From the NCBI GenBank assembly GCA_963664705.1, contig OY761556.1:672001-736000 (forward strand): a DNA stretch of 64,000 bases, given 5' to 3'. This document shows positions 38,532 to 49,100 of the stretch, in pieces. Below the pieces are notes generated by a model that did not search any database, had not been told where the DNA came from, and was given only the letters and a program-made list of their open reading frames with translations. Every line of letters begins with the position of its first letter. The first letter of the stretch is position 1. This stretch comes from Acidobacteriota bacterium. GTDB taxonomy: Bacteria > Acidobacteriota > UBA6911. The translations under genes and the position numbers were made by a program.

Positions 38532-40757
38532 CTAGGGGGCCGGCTGCGCCGGAATTGCGGATAGTACCGACAGGCTGTTTGTGCCGAATACTCCAAAACA
38601 GGCTATGCCCTGATCCGCGGTTATTTTTATGTAGCCCGAGAGGCGGCTCTGTCCATTCAACTGGGGAAAGTATTCCGTTAACAGTCGAGATATCCGGTTT
38701 CCTGCTGGAACTGTCAGGGTGAGGCTCTGATCCAGTTGACTAGTAGCCGTATACACCTGGATCGTCACCGTTGCATCTACAGTGTTGGGGTTCAGAATGG
38801 CCAGACCTGTAAAATAAGATGTGTCGGAAGCGAGGTCGCTAAGTATTTCCATTTGCTGCAAGGATGATATCAGAGGGAGTGATGTCAGGAAGATTCCATT
38901 CTGTGCGTCGGAGAACATTTCAATGCCGGAGAGGTGGACTCCGTCTGATGCTATCACTACATATCCGTCTGTAAGCTGAGTTGGCAAGGTACCAAAGAAG
39001 AAGGACGGGTCCGAGATAAAGATCTTCCCGTTGCCTGCGATGGACATTATTTGACGATTCCCCAAAGGAAGTCCGTTTCCCGCAAATAGTGTCAAGGTCA
39101 CTGTTCCAGGGGTTGAGTCCAGGTTCAGGATTGACAGCGAGGAATCATAGGGGCCTCCCACCGCATACTGGGGCGCATATAAAGTGGTAGCTCCCGATGT
39201 CGATGCCTGTCCTGCAACGACCGCAATGTCTTTTGAAGCGTTACCTGTGAATTCATAGGGCACTAATGGCACCGAGGCGGTCAAGCGCAGGTAATCCGAG
39301 GGTGATATTGATGCGGTCGCAAACATATTTCTTGCCAGATCCCCGGTGTATGTTGCAAACGGAGGAATACTTGTCTGGAACGTGCTGCGTATGGTTCCAT
39401 CTGTTTTAACGAGATCAATATCAACGCGGGCTGATGCGCCGTTCGGATTTCCAAGCAGGATATCGGTAAATCCCTGGCTGAGGCTTTCGGGAAAGACAAA
39501 GGAATCGAGCAGACTGGACGACATGGTTGCTCCGTCCATTAGAGTGAAGCCTGTGTCAAAGGTCAGGAAAAAACCGGATACCAGAGGACTGGAGCTATTG
39601 ATGGATGTCCACCCAAGTTGCCAGTCACCGGGAGTTACACTGAAAAGCTGATCTACCAGGATTCCCGACTGAGATCCGGGAACCAGAGTTATGGGATTAC
39701 TGGAGTGAGAGAGTTGATTGCCGGCGCCCGCGAAGGCGGAGAAGCCAATTGTCGCGCTGGATTGATCGAGATTAGTCAGCGCGACACCGGTGTATTGATT
39801 TGAAGTAAACCTCATTTGGGGAAGGTAATAGGTCAATACCGGAGTGGTGAAAGAGAGTTCTGTTGATGTCAGCACGCCGCCGGTGACATCCATCGATTGC
39901 ACGCGATAGACATAGGTTGTATTCGGAGTCAGCCCGCCTAGAGTGATTGAATGGATGGTTGTCAGTGTGGGGTCCTGTACTGTCGTGCTGCCTAATAGAA
40001 ACGAAATGCCATAGTCGACCTGTGAAGAAGACGGTGTGTCCGTGGACCAGGTTATGGTTGCCGATGTGCTTGCCAAAAAGGGAACCGCAATTGCGTTCAA
40101 GGCTGATCCCGCAGAACTCGGAAGAGTCGTGAAAATAGCGTCGCTCGAAACTCCATAACGCCCCGCAGCGTCGATGGACCACACAGAGAAATGATATGTC
40201 GTGTTTGAAGTCAGTTGACTGATCATTACAGAATGGGAAACAACCAGGGCCGGATCGAGTCCCGTCCATGTGCCGGCATTGGCTGTTGTTCCATATTGAA
40301 CTTGTGAGCTTGCCGGCGTGTTGGTCGTCCAGTTTATTATTGCCGATGATTCCGTTATCCCCGAAACGTTTACCCCGCTGACCATGCCCTGGACAATATT
40401 GGGGGAAGTCAGAAAAGTGAAGTCGCCTGCCACATATTGCGTCCCATTGCCTGTAACTGAGATCACCTGGTAATGGTAGGAGGTGTTGGGATCCAGGCCG
40501 CTGATTGTCTGGGAATGCGATGTCACCAGGGTTGAGTCGAGGGTCGTGAGATTTCCATAGCCGGGAGTCTTCCCATAGGCTAATTGCGAGGATGCCGGAA
40601 GCAGCGTTGACCAGTTGATTGTCGCCGATGCAGAGGTGATTCCCGTGGCATTGATGTTATATATGTAGACCGCTGTTCCCGCGGAATATGCGACCTGGGA
40701 TGCACTCAAAAGCAGTGCTGCAGCGATGATAAGCCACTGAATTATTGGCACTCTCAT
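38532..40757 (-). CDS. Secreted protein with three fibronectin-III-like repeats and repeated C-terminal beta-sandwich modules
   Basis: Three copies of SAxIxWxT..PxSSQxxYG...HS..IxxLxPNTxYxYxVxS, then modules beginning TGVALTN / ILLGNP / LSILN / TGLAILNP. Confidence 0.85.
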   Translation of the reverse strand: MRVPIIQWLIIAAALLLSASQVAYSAGTAVYIYNINATGITSASATINWSTLLPASSQLAYGKTPGYGNLTTLDSTLVTSHSQTISGLDPNTSYHYQVISVTGNGTQYVAGDFTFLTSPNIVQGMVSGVNVSGITESSAIINWTTNTPASSQVQYGTTANAGTWTGLDPALVVSHSVMISQLTSNTTYHFSVWSIDAAGRYGVSSDAIFTTLPSSAGSALNAIAVPFLASTSATITWSTDTPSSSQVDYGISFLLGSTTVQDPTLTTIHSITLGGLTPNTTYVYRVQSMDVTGGVLTSTELSFTTPVLTYYLPQMRFTSNQYTGVALTNLDQSSATIGFSAFAGAGNQLSHSSNPITLVPGSQSGILVDQLFSVTPGDWQLGWTSINSSSPLVSGFFLTFDTGFTLMDGATMSSSLLDSFVFPESLSQGFTDILLGNPNGASARVDIDLVKTDGTIRSTFQTSIPPFATYTGDLARNMFATASISPSDYLRLTASVPLVPYEFTGNASKDIAVVAGQASTSGATTLYAPQYAVGGPYDSSLSILNLDSTPGTVTLTLFAGNGLPLGNRQIMSIAGNGKIFISDPSFFFGTLPTQLTDGYVVIASDGVHLSGIEMFSDAQNGIFLTSLPLISSLQQMEILSDLASDTSYFTGLAILNPNTVDATVTIQVYTATSQLDQSLTLTVPAGNRISRLLTEYFPQLNGQSRLSGYIKITADQGIACFGVFGTNSLSVLSAIPAQPAP

Positions 40758-41044
40758 TTTGTCCTCAATTGGAAAAGTGTTTGCGGCGTCTTTTAAAGGA
40801 TCTGTCTTCTTCGAAAGATAGTCGCGAAACAGGCATCACTTGCGGGGAGGCTTGAATGGTAATTTTCCTATCGATCATTACGGGAATGCTCGAAAATATT
40901 GTGGACCGCCCTAAAATCACGTCCACGGGATAAACAACGCTAAAGAACCAACCCTTTCTCAACGAGGCAACAATGACAGATCTGGAAAAGTTCTTCTGTT
41001 CATTATTGAACATCTCTGGCATTTCCGTTATTGGCGGGGAGATT

Positions 41045-41821
41045 CTAGGGGCTGTCTGCCGGTTTAAACCCGCGGGCAAGAAAGTCCCGGATATTTGCCG
41101 CCAGCCTGCCAAAATCCCCGGAAGGAAGTGTTCGGGGGCTGTCTTTTAGCGATGGGAATTGTGTATACAGGTAATTTGTCAAATTCCGAATCTCAACCTT
41201 TCGCAAAATCAGATGATCGAATTCTCCTTGTTCATTTGCCCGGTTGTCATCGACCAGCATGCCCAGCGAGAGATTTATCTGGTTCGCTACAGACCGAAGA
41301 AGAGCCTGGCGCTTTGCCATCAAATCCGCGAACTGTTTTTGAGGTGACGGTCCGTTTATTTTGCGTATGGTCTTTTGCAAATGGATACCAAGCAACTCAT
41401 CGCTCATTTTGCCCAGGGCGTTGTACGAAGAAATGAGATCTCCTGCAATCGCAGCAATGGCAGGATCCTTACTGTGGTTGTAATAGGAAATGACAAAGGA
41501 TGCGCATGTGTTTTCTATGCGCTCTTCGCGCAGACCATTAATGGCTTTGTCCATATCATCCAGGGAGGCTCCGCCGGGTGTCTTGAGCATTCTGGCGTTG
41601 GCCTGTTCCCCCCGTTGCGCCAGCGACAAAGTTTGGATTTCGGCCCTTAGAAATGCATAAGGATTTTCAGGCTCCGCCGGATCCAGCAGATAACAATCTT
41701 CCGGCGGTTTCACAAAAGGCCTGATTCCGGGTCGTTGTTGCGCCCAGGCAGCATAAGGCCAGGGGAGCAGAACAAGGCCGATGAACAACCAAAGAGCTAT
41801 CGTTACACCACCGATTTTCAT
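41045..41821 (-). CDS. Hypothetical secreted helical protein
   Basis: Signal peptide ending AWA-QQ, GGAGG RBS before ATG 41821, co-oriented directly after the FKBP gene. Confidence 0.6.
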   Translation of the reverse strand: MKIGGVTIALWLFIGLVLLPWPYAAWAQQRPGIRPFVKPPEDCYLLDPAEPENPYAFLRAEIQTLSLAQRGEQANARMLKTPGGASLDDMDKAINGLREERIENTCASFVISYYNHSKDPAIAAIAGDLISSYNALGKMSDELLGIHLQKTIRKINGPSPQKQFADLMAKRQALLRSVANQINLSLGMLVDDNRANEQGEFDHLILRKVEIRNLTNYLYTQFPSLKDSPRTLPSGDFGRLAANIRDFLARGFKPADSP

Positions 41822-41872
41822 GCGGGCCTCCATCTGCTCACAACATTGCCGACGTCCGCCATTTGCCATGGA

Positions 41873-42367
41873 TTACTGCAGCGCGATTAGTTCAACGTCA
41901 AATATCAGGGTGGCGTTTCGTGGTATAAGCGGCGGCACTTCGGTCGATCCGTAGGCAAGGTCGGGAGGGATTTTGATCTGTCGCCTTCCTCCTACCTTCA
42001 TTCCTTCGACTCCTTCTTCCCAGCCCGGGATAACTTGACTGGCTCCCAGTGTGAAAACGGGGAGCCGGCCATCGGAATACGAACTGGCAAATTCCCTCCC
42101 GTTTTCTACCCAGGCCTTATACTGGACCATAACCGTATGCCCCCTTCCTGCTGGCATTCCTTCACCTGTCAGGATGTCCCAATAGATTAAACCGGACGCG
42201 GTTTTTACCCCTTCGCCCGTCACTTTGGTCGGTCTTTCAATGTTGATAACGGACTGTTCCTGCGGGTTCAGCTTTCTTCGGAAATATCTCGATGCAGAAT
42301 GCTGCGATTGTGCCGGCAGGTCGGGGGCTGCCAATATCGCCAATACCAGGATCAAAATGCCGCGCAT
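41873..42367 (-). CDS. Secreted FKBP-type peptidyl-prolyl isomerase
   Basis: TASGLIY, VIPGWEEGVEGMKVGGRR, IPPDLAYG, NATLIFDVEL. Confidence 0.95.
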   Translation of the reverse strand: MRGILILVLAILAAPDLPAQSQHSASRYFRRKLNPQEQSVINIERPTKVTGEGVKTASGLIYWDILTGEGMPAGRGHTVMVQYKAWVENGREFASSYSDGRLPVFTLGASQVIPGWEEGVEGMKVGGRRQIKIPPDLAYGSTEVPPLIPRNATLIFDVELIALQ

Positions 42368-42388
42368 CCATCCTCCTTCTGGCAGGCG

Positions 42389-44002
42389 CTATGGGACGAT
42401 CCAATCTCCCTCCGGGATCAGGGTCCTTTCATCGGCGCCGCCGAATCTCACGATATATCCGCCCTTGGATGCAAAACGCTGCCCTGGGCCTAAGCTCAAT
42501 CGTGTGTAGTACCCATCAATCACTCTTGTGCTCAGCATGCCCTCTACATTTTCCACCAGATAATCGCGCAGGAAGTTGTCCAATACCTCATTCAGGCTCT
42601 CGGAGATTATGTTGCAGGCAATATAAGTGTCGACTTGTGTTTCTTCTGCAACGACCGGGATTTGCTGAATCCGAAACCATCCCAATGGATAATCGAGAAG
42701 GGCACCCCGGCGGGATGGTATTTCAAAAGGATAGGCCATATGAGCCACGCTTCGCCAGGAACCGGGAAGCGGAACATCGTCCAGCCCTCCCATTATTGCG
42801 GATAGAAATATGTGTGTTGCTTTCGGCGGTTCAGCCGGAAGCATTTTTAAGTCATCTGGCCGCAGCCACAAAATCAACACATCCCGAGGACGTGCTTTCC
42901 GGAGCGAATGCCTTATGAGCATTTGGCCCGGGGATGAGGGAAGAGGCTGGTCGATTACAGTAATGCCGTGAGCTGCACTCTCGGCATGAAAAGCCTTTGC
43001 GGCAGCGTCGCCCACATCATCTTTTCGGAAGACTTGCACAATGCGACGAGCGTTTTGTGGCGATGGCCCTCGGCTCAACTGCTGTGCAATCAACTGGGCC
43101 TCAAGCAGTACCCCCTTGGAGAAATAGAGATTGTAGAAGTCCTCCTCTGCCACAACCGGCAACTCCACATTGGGGAAGAAGCAGGGGATGGACTCCTGTT
43201 GGCAAAACTGATGAATGGGCTGCCAGTTTGCGCCTCCCATTCCGGAAAGAACCGCAAAAACAGGTTCGGCCTTGAGCTTCGCCCGCAATTGTTCCATCCA
43301 TCCTGTTGCGTCTCCGGACAGCTCCCAGATGTGCAGTTGCCATTTGCGGGGCACACGGTACATCATTTTGGTATATCGCGCTGGGGCTGGTATCGGGCGA
43401 TAGAAGACATTTTTTGCCGCAAAAAAATGCTGCAATACATCCAGCATGCCCTTTCGCTTTACCGGATCCGAATCAGGAGTGATGATGGTTGCGAAGTGCA
43501 GGGTATCCCCGGTAACACCTGGAACACTCCCGCTGGACAGGCTTGCGAGATAGGAAATCAGCGCGCTCATCGTGTCATTGTCAAGCGGATATCTTGGCAT
43601 GACATAGTTGAGCGGACGCCCGTCAGGAGTGATACCTTCACGAATCGCTTTTGCAAGAGTCTCGCCCGTGTAGGGTGGCCTATTAGGCGTTGTCCGCTCG
43701 GTGTGGTCCGTTGCTTCTCGCGCAAAAAGTCCTCCCGAACTGAAGAGATACTTCGCGGTAACAGGAGGGATCAGGGTTCCGCCTTCTACGCTGCCCATTC
43801 CGCTTGGCCGATGGCAGTTAACGCAGGCGGCTGTGGATCCGGAGATCGATCCGCCGCCCGGCCGTTGTGCGGTTACCTCTGCTCCCGAGGCAAGGATTCC
43901 TTTCCGGTACAGCACTTCGCCTTCGGTCAGTGCATTGGTAGCTGCCCATATCCACGCGACAAAGAGCACGATGCACGACACGAATATCAACGGAATGCGC
44001 AT
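42389..44002 (-). CDS. Cytochrome c fused to periplasmic-binding-protein-like domain
   Basis: Signal peptide, CVNCH heme motif, distal MPRY Met, and a C-terminal type-I PBP-like region ending LGPGQRFASKGGYIV. Confidence 0.8.
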   Translation of the reverse strand: MRIPLIFVSCIVLFVAWIWAATNALTEGEVLYRKGILASGAEVTAQRPGGGSISGSTAACVNCHRPSGMGSVEGGTLIPPVTAKYLFSSGGLFAREATDHTERTTPNRPPYTGETLAKAIREGITPDGRPLNYVMPRYPLDNDTMSALISYLASLSSGSVPGVTGDTLHFATIITPDSDPVKRKGMLDVLQHFFAAKNVFYRPIPAPARYTKMMYRVPRKWQLHIWELSGDATGWMEQLRAKLKAEPVFAVLSGMGGANWQPIHQFCQQESIPCFFPNVELPVVAEEDFYNLYFSKGVLLEAQLIAQQLSRGPSPQNARRIVQVFRKDDVGDAAAKAFHAESAAHGITVIDQPLPSSPGQMLIRHSLRKARPRDVLILWLRPDDLKMLPAEPPKATHIFLSAIMGGLDDVPLPGSWRSVAHMAYPFEIPSRRGALLDYPLGWFRIQQIPVVAEETQVDTYIACNIISESLNEVLDNFLRDYLVENVEGMLSTRVIDGYYTRLSLGPGQRFASKGGYIVRFGGADERTLIPEGDWIVP

Positions 44003-44016
44003 GGAGGAAATCCTCG

Positions 44017-44601
44017 TTATCTGGCGGCCGCAACCTCACGGCGGACTTCGCTGAACAGCTGATCGGTGGTGGCAAATCCATCAAAACGAACCCAAGGCTT
44101 GTCTGCCGCAGGGCGCACTAGAATCACCGGCGCATGATTCATTTTGTCGCCGCGATAAACACCGAAAGCACGTGCCGCGGCAATAACCGCCTGTGTGGTC
44201 CCTGTATAGTGATGCCATTCGGATCCTGCATGCAATCTTTTTGCATAGGCTGCCAGGCGTGCAGGCGTGTCCTGTTCCGGGTCGATTGAAATAGAGAGCA
44301 TATGCACGTGATCCCGGTCCTTTCCCAGTCGGTCCTGGAACTTGGCGAGCGTCTGACTGATTATTGGACAGATCGAAGTGCAGGAAGTAAAGATGAAGGT
44401 CATCAAGGTTGGCCGGTCATCCCTGAGTTCATTTTGCAGCGTCACCTTTTCGCCATCATCTCTTACCAGTTCCACCTGGGGAACGACGTATTCCGCCGTT
44501 GAACGTTTTGCCCCCGTTTCATTTCCGCGCGCCATCGGTCCACTAAGGGCTGTGAATACAATAATCATAAGTAATGCTGTGCCGCTGGGACATCGGTTCA
44601 T
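44017..44601 (-). CDS. SCO1/SenC copper chaperone
   Basis: FIFTSCTSICP (CxxxC), SISIDPEQDTP, conserved His in MNH. Confidence 0.92.
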   Translation of the reverse strand: MNRCPSGTALLMIIVFTALSGPMARGNETGAKRSTAEYVVPQVELVRDDGEKVTLQNELRDDRPTLMTFIFTSCTSICPIISQTLAKFQDRLGKDRDHVHMLSISIDPEQDTPARLAAYAKRLHAGSEWHHYTGTTQAVIAAARAFGVYRGDKMNHAPVILVRPAADKPWVRFDGFATTDQLFSEVRREVAAAR

Positions 44602-44614
44602 TCAAGGCCTCCCT

Positions 44615-45385
44615 CTAGTTTGCAGCACGGATGCCGGAATAATCCGGCTTCGCAAAAATGCTGTTTTCCAGATTCGGATTCAGATTAACTGTTTCGATCC
44701 TTATGTTGCGTGCAGGAACTACATTCTCAACCACCGTTTCCAAAACAAAAGGCATCATTAATCCGCCAACGGATCGATAGTCGCGATAGTTGATATAGAC
44801 CCTGTGTGGTTTTCCGTCGAGCATGCGCGGAAAACCCTCTACTCTGACTTCGAGAAATGTTTGGGCATCAATCCAGATATTTCGCACCTGATTATCCCTG
44901 GTTGTAAGCCTCAGCTTGTAGGCCGCGCGTTCTTCTATCGGCTCTACTCCTGCCAGTTCTATTTTGATGCCTTTAGTTTCATGGTCGATCAGGAGGCCAT
45001 CCAGTGCTTCTTGTTCCGTGGCACTTTGCATTTCGGCCTGGGTGAATGGTTCTACCTGCAGCCGATTCAGGAATGGACGTACCTTCCAGCCGTTACTGCC
45101 ATCATAGACCTGTAATGCGGTTTTTCCGGCAAACTCCAGTTCAAGCCTCGACATTCGAGGCCGTTTGAGTTTTAGCGTAAATGGCAGTTGAGCATTTTGT
45201 TTACCTCCGGCGTCCATTTTACCGGTCATGGTCATTGACTTAATTCCGCGCCAAGCTTGCAATCCACCTCGGGCAGCGATGTTCTTTTCCACCACCTGCT
45301 CTGCCGTCATGGTCTCTGCGAGAGCTGCATGGGCCGGTATTTCTATTGCTAAAGAAAGGCAAACCACAAGAAGCAGTTTGTGCAT
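44615..45385 (-). CDS. LolA-like / outer-membrane lipoprotein-sorting family protein
   Basis: Signal peptide, ARGG, KRPRMSR, YDGSNGW, WIDAQTFL, YRDYRSVGGLMMP. Confidence 0.7.
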   Translation of the reverse strand: MHKLLLVVCLSLAIEIPAHAALAETMTAEQVVEKNIAARGGLQAWRGIKSMTMTGKMDAGGKQNAQLPFTLKLKRPRMSRLELEFAGKTALQVYDGSNGWKVRPFLNRLQVEPFTQAEMQSATEQEALDGLLIDHETKGIKIELAGVEPIEERAAYKLRLTTRDNQVRNIWIDAQTFLEVRVEGFPRMLDGKPHRVYINYRDYRSVGGLMMPFVLETVVENVVPARNIRIETVNLNPNLENSIFAKPDYSGIRAAN

Positions 45386-45482
45386 CTTGAATCACCTCCA
45401 AATGATCCTAAGCATTCACGATGTAAACAATCGATCACGAAAGCATCATCGCTAACAGTCTAGCCGGCGACAATACGGGAGG

Positions 45483-45500
45483 ATGTTCACTATTGAACAT
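45483..45500. promoter_or_regulatory. Palindromic operator-like site ATGTTCA-CTAT-TGAACAT
   Basis: Perfect 7-4-7 inverted repeat upstream of the LolA-like gene. The same core occurs at 58816-58833. Confidence 0.7.
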
Positions 45501-45522
45501 AATTCAATAAGCATAGGCATTT

Positions 45523-46053
45523 CTATTGCACCTCCAAACCCTCTGCCCTAAATAGGCCAATAGCCAGGGCAACTCGATCTCCTCGTTTTACCAGCCTTCC
45601 CTTATTGGAGAAAGCCATCCAGTAGAATTTCCCGGCCTCCGGATGATTGGTCTGGCGCAACTGCCCGATTTTATCCATGGATGGAACCACCAGTTGGACT
45701 CCAGCCCGCGGATCGATCAAAATCGGCTGATTGGTTTTTTCATTAAGCGGGGCGGCCTTGTCCGCGTCCAGGATACGATAGCTGAATCGAATGAGTTCGC
45801 CGGCTTCAGCCGTCCTGATTTGAAGAGAATCAATGCCCCAGACTCTGCTGTAATAAAGCTCCGCCCGTTTGGGAAATTGGGCGGAGCGATAGTGGCGGGC
45901 GTTTTTTGACGCGGCCGGCTGCAGGGCTGAGACCACGGATTGAGCTTTACAGGGTGAAATGAGCAGACCGCTGATTACCATTCCGAGAATCATTATTTTT
46001 GTATCATGTGTGAAGCGACGCTGGAACATGACAGGGTCTTCTCCTTTAGCCAA
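45523..46053 (-). CDS. Hypothetical secreted protein of the copper-oxidase cluster
   Basis: Signal-like segment and FSYRILDADKA...VPSMDKIGQLRQ...YWMAFSN. Co-oriented inside the cluster. Confidence 0.65.
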   Translation of the reverse strand: MAKGEDPVMFQRRFTHDTKIMILGMVISGLLISPCKAQSVVSALQPAASKNARHYRSAQFPKRAELYYSRVWGIDSLQIRTAEAGELIRFSYRILDADKAAPLNEKTNQPILIDPRAGVQLVVPSMDKIGQLRQTNHPEAGKFYWMAFSNKGRLVKRGDRVALAIGLFRAEGLEVQ

Positions 46054-46079
46054 AGTTGAGGGCAGGCTTCCTGGCTAAT

Positions 46080-46117
46080 GCATAGAAGGAGCATCCATCC
46101 GGATGCCCCTTCTATGC
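46080..46117. terminator. Hairpin just after the giant gene
   Basis: GCATAGAAGG-A-GCATCC-ATCC-GGATGC-C-CCTTCTATGC. Confidence 0.6.
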
Positions 46118-46125
46118 GACCTCAC

Positions 46126-49100
46126 CTAAGGTGTGATTGTGAAACTCACATTGCCGCCGGATCCGCCGGGCGTGGTAACGCTTACGTTCCGCGTTGCATT
46201 GGATCCATTGATGTTGGCATTGGTTGCAATGGTGAACGTTGTTGTGATCGTGGTGCCATTGGCTGAAACCGCTAATGCTCCAACCGTTACGCCACTGCCG
46301 GATACATTCACCGCAGTGGCTCCCGTCAGGTTGGTGCCAGTCAATGTAACGTTGAATGCTACACCATTCCTTGCATGTGTAGCCGGACTGATGGCGCTTA
46401 ACGCCGGCGCTGGAGGAGCCGTCACCGTGAAATTCAAAGTGTTGCTGGTTCCTCCGGGAGTGGTGATGCTGACGGTCCTTGTGCCCTGGCCTCCATTGTT
46501 TCCTATGGGAATCACAAAGGTGGCGGTGGCCGTTGTGGCGTTGACAACGACAAGGTTGGTGACAGTGATTGCATTTGGCCCGCTACCTGAAACAGTCACC
46601 GATGTTGCTCCCGTCAGGTTCGTTCCAGTCAGGGTTACCGGAACACTGCTGCCTCGAGTGCCTGACGCAGGACTGATGCTTGTCAGGGTTGGGGCGGTAT
46701 TGCCTCCGCCACCAGCAGCCGAGCCCTGGATTTCGATGGCTCCGGCATCGGTGGTGTGTGGGTTTGCGCCTGGATCCGGCCTTGGATTGCCAAAAAAGTC
46801 GGTCCTTGGGGCTGTGATGGTCGGGCCATTGCCATCGGGAATTACCTGGCAGCCAACAGCTGCCGCATTTGCATTGGAGCACTCCACGAAATCAATGGCC
46901 GATGAACCCGATTGCAGCGAGTAATTGCCCAGCACTGCGTTGGTCACGGGGTTTACAAGAGACAGGGGGCCCCAACTCATGTTGATCCAGTTGTTGCCCT
47001 CATCCACGGTTGCGGCAGGAGTCAGGCTGAAAATTGGATTGGGCACCGTTGCATCGGAAATGCCCGGCGGGACCTGATAGCCCAGGCCACCGTTTTCCGG
47101 GGGAACTCTTGCCCCATTGCAATATTGCCTGATCACCGACGGATTACTATTTGCGTTGTGGCCATTGTAGCCTGCGATGCTCGTCAGCAGTGACCACTGT
47201 GCGTTCAGAGTGAATCCTGAACTGTGATTGGCGGGTCCGGTGTCGCCACGCACGCCGATATCCCAATAGTTTGACCCATTCACGCATTGGCCGGTTGCCG
47301 TTTGGCTTGCCGGTGCCGTTCCGGTTAACCCGTTGAGCAACGCGACCACGTTCTGCTGGTTGAGTGCCCCCGTTCCCAAACCTCCCACGTGAATGTCAAA
47401 CGTCCGGTTCTGCCAGAAAATATTGTCGTACAGAAGCGGATAGGAGATTTTGGTGCAGGTCCCATTCGTGGCCGTTCCGGAGTAATGACCTGCCGGGCAT
47501 GTAATGGGGCCGATACCGGCGAAGGAGGATACCAGCTGGGGGCTGTTTTGCAGCGATACCAGCCCCGCAGGTTGAGGACAGGAACCTGTGCCGTTAGCCT
47601 GCCCGGGGCAGTTGGCCGGTGGTGACTGCGAGCTTGCGAGTGGAGCTCCCAGTGTGTTGAAGAGAACACCTGCGGATGCGGTGCTGTCATTGGACATGAT
47701 CGTATTGTTCACGATGTTTACTGCCAACGAGTCTTCGAGCGAAATACCGCCGCCATCCCAGCCGGCCACATTATTGGCCAGAATATTGTTGGTGACAGCG
47801 ACAGAGTACCAGCTGGCGGGAGCACCCGGGAACCGGGCAACCTCGGTGCCATTGACCGCCTGGAAACGCAGTCCACCGCCGCTGCCGCTCTCCGCGCCAT
47901 TTCCCATGATGAGGTTTGCATTGATTACCAGACCTGGGCCGGCGCCATCGCCCAATCCCGGTACGCAATCGACGTCGGTCACAGTGCCGCATTCTGTGGC
48001 GACTCCATTGACGATCTGCGTGCCGTCAGGTGGAGCACCCATGACGATAATACCGCCGCCATTGGTCGGTATCGTCGGGTTGATACTTTGATTGAACAGG
48101 AACGTGTTGTGTTCAATGTCTCCGTTGTAGATAAAGCCGAGGTGTCCTAAGCCTCCGCCATCGCCAGTGCTCAGGTTGCCGCATACCCAGTTGTTGTTGA
48201 ACCGGTAGTAATCGGCTCCCGTGGTGAAACTTGCGCCACCCGCTCCGGCCGGTGTGGCCGTAAACAATTCATCACCAGTGGAGGAATTGTTAAAGATGGA
48301 ATTGTTGTGCACATTCGTGTGCAGGAAGAAGCAATAGGGTAATTGAGTGTTTGTGACCGTGCTGTCCTGGCAGGAACCGGGAGCGATGACTCCGCTGTTG
48401 GGTGCCAGGTAGGCATCCGTAAATTCGCCCTGCCCGATGCTTATCCCGCCGGATAGAGTGCCGGCATTGTTGTTGACCTGGTTGTTGGCGATCTGGAGGT
48501 TGTGTGCCCAGCCGTGCACCAGGATGCCGCCTCCGCCCTGGGAGCTGTTTGTGATTCCCAGCCCATCAATACTCGATGGATTGCATTGGAAGTTGCTGGG
48601 ATATGGATTGGACCCTCCTGAACTGCTCTTACAAATGGGATTGGTGTCACCCGACAGGAATATTCCTGAAGCTGTTCCCTGTCCGGAAAGCAGCGTGCTG
48701 CCGGCGGGAAAGTCTGCTTCCGCGCCGCTGCCGAAAACATCTGCGGCACCCTGTGGAATATTCACTCCCTTGGACAGGACCGTGATGGCTGCTCCTTCGT
48801 AAGCTCCCATCAGCGAGGGCTCCTGCAGCATTTCGGCCAGGTTGCCATTGAGCGTTGTATCCCATCCGACAATACCCTCTCTTGGAAGACGGTCGACCGC
48901 CATGAACGGGAAGCTGGGGCCTCCGGAGAAATAGCTCCAGGTGTTACCGTTTGGCCCAGGCTGTGAGTTTCCTGTGCCGTCCGGGCATCCGAAAGCGCCT
49001 GTGGAGTCAAAGGGGTTGGCATTGGTGCGTGGTTGGCCATTGAGCGCCAGGCCAAACAAGCAATTCACGCTGCGCCGCCATGGATCCAGCTTAGTAATTC

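Noticed and set aside
45483-45500. Palindrome as a LexA SOS box or terminator
   Set aside because: Orientation and spacing differ from GAAC-N4-GTTC and GTTC-N7-GTTC boxes, the stem is AT-rich without a U-tract, and the downstream genes are not SOS genes.
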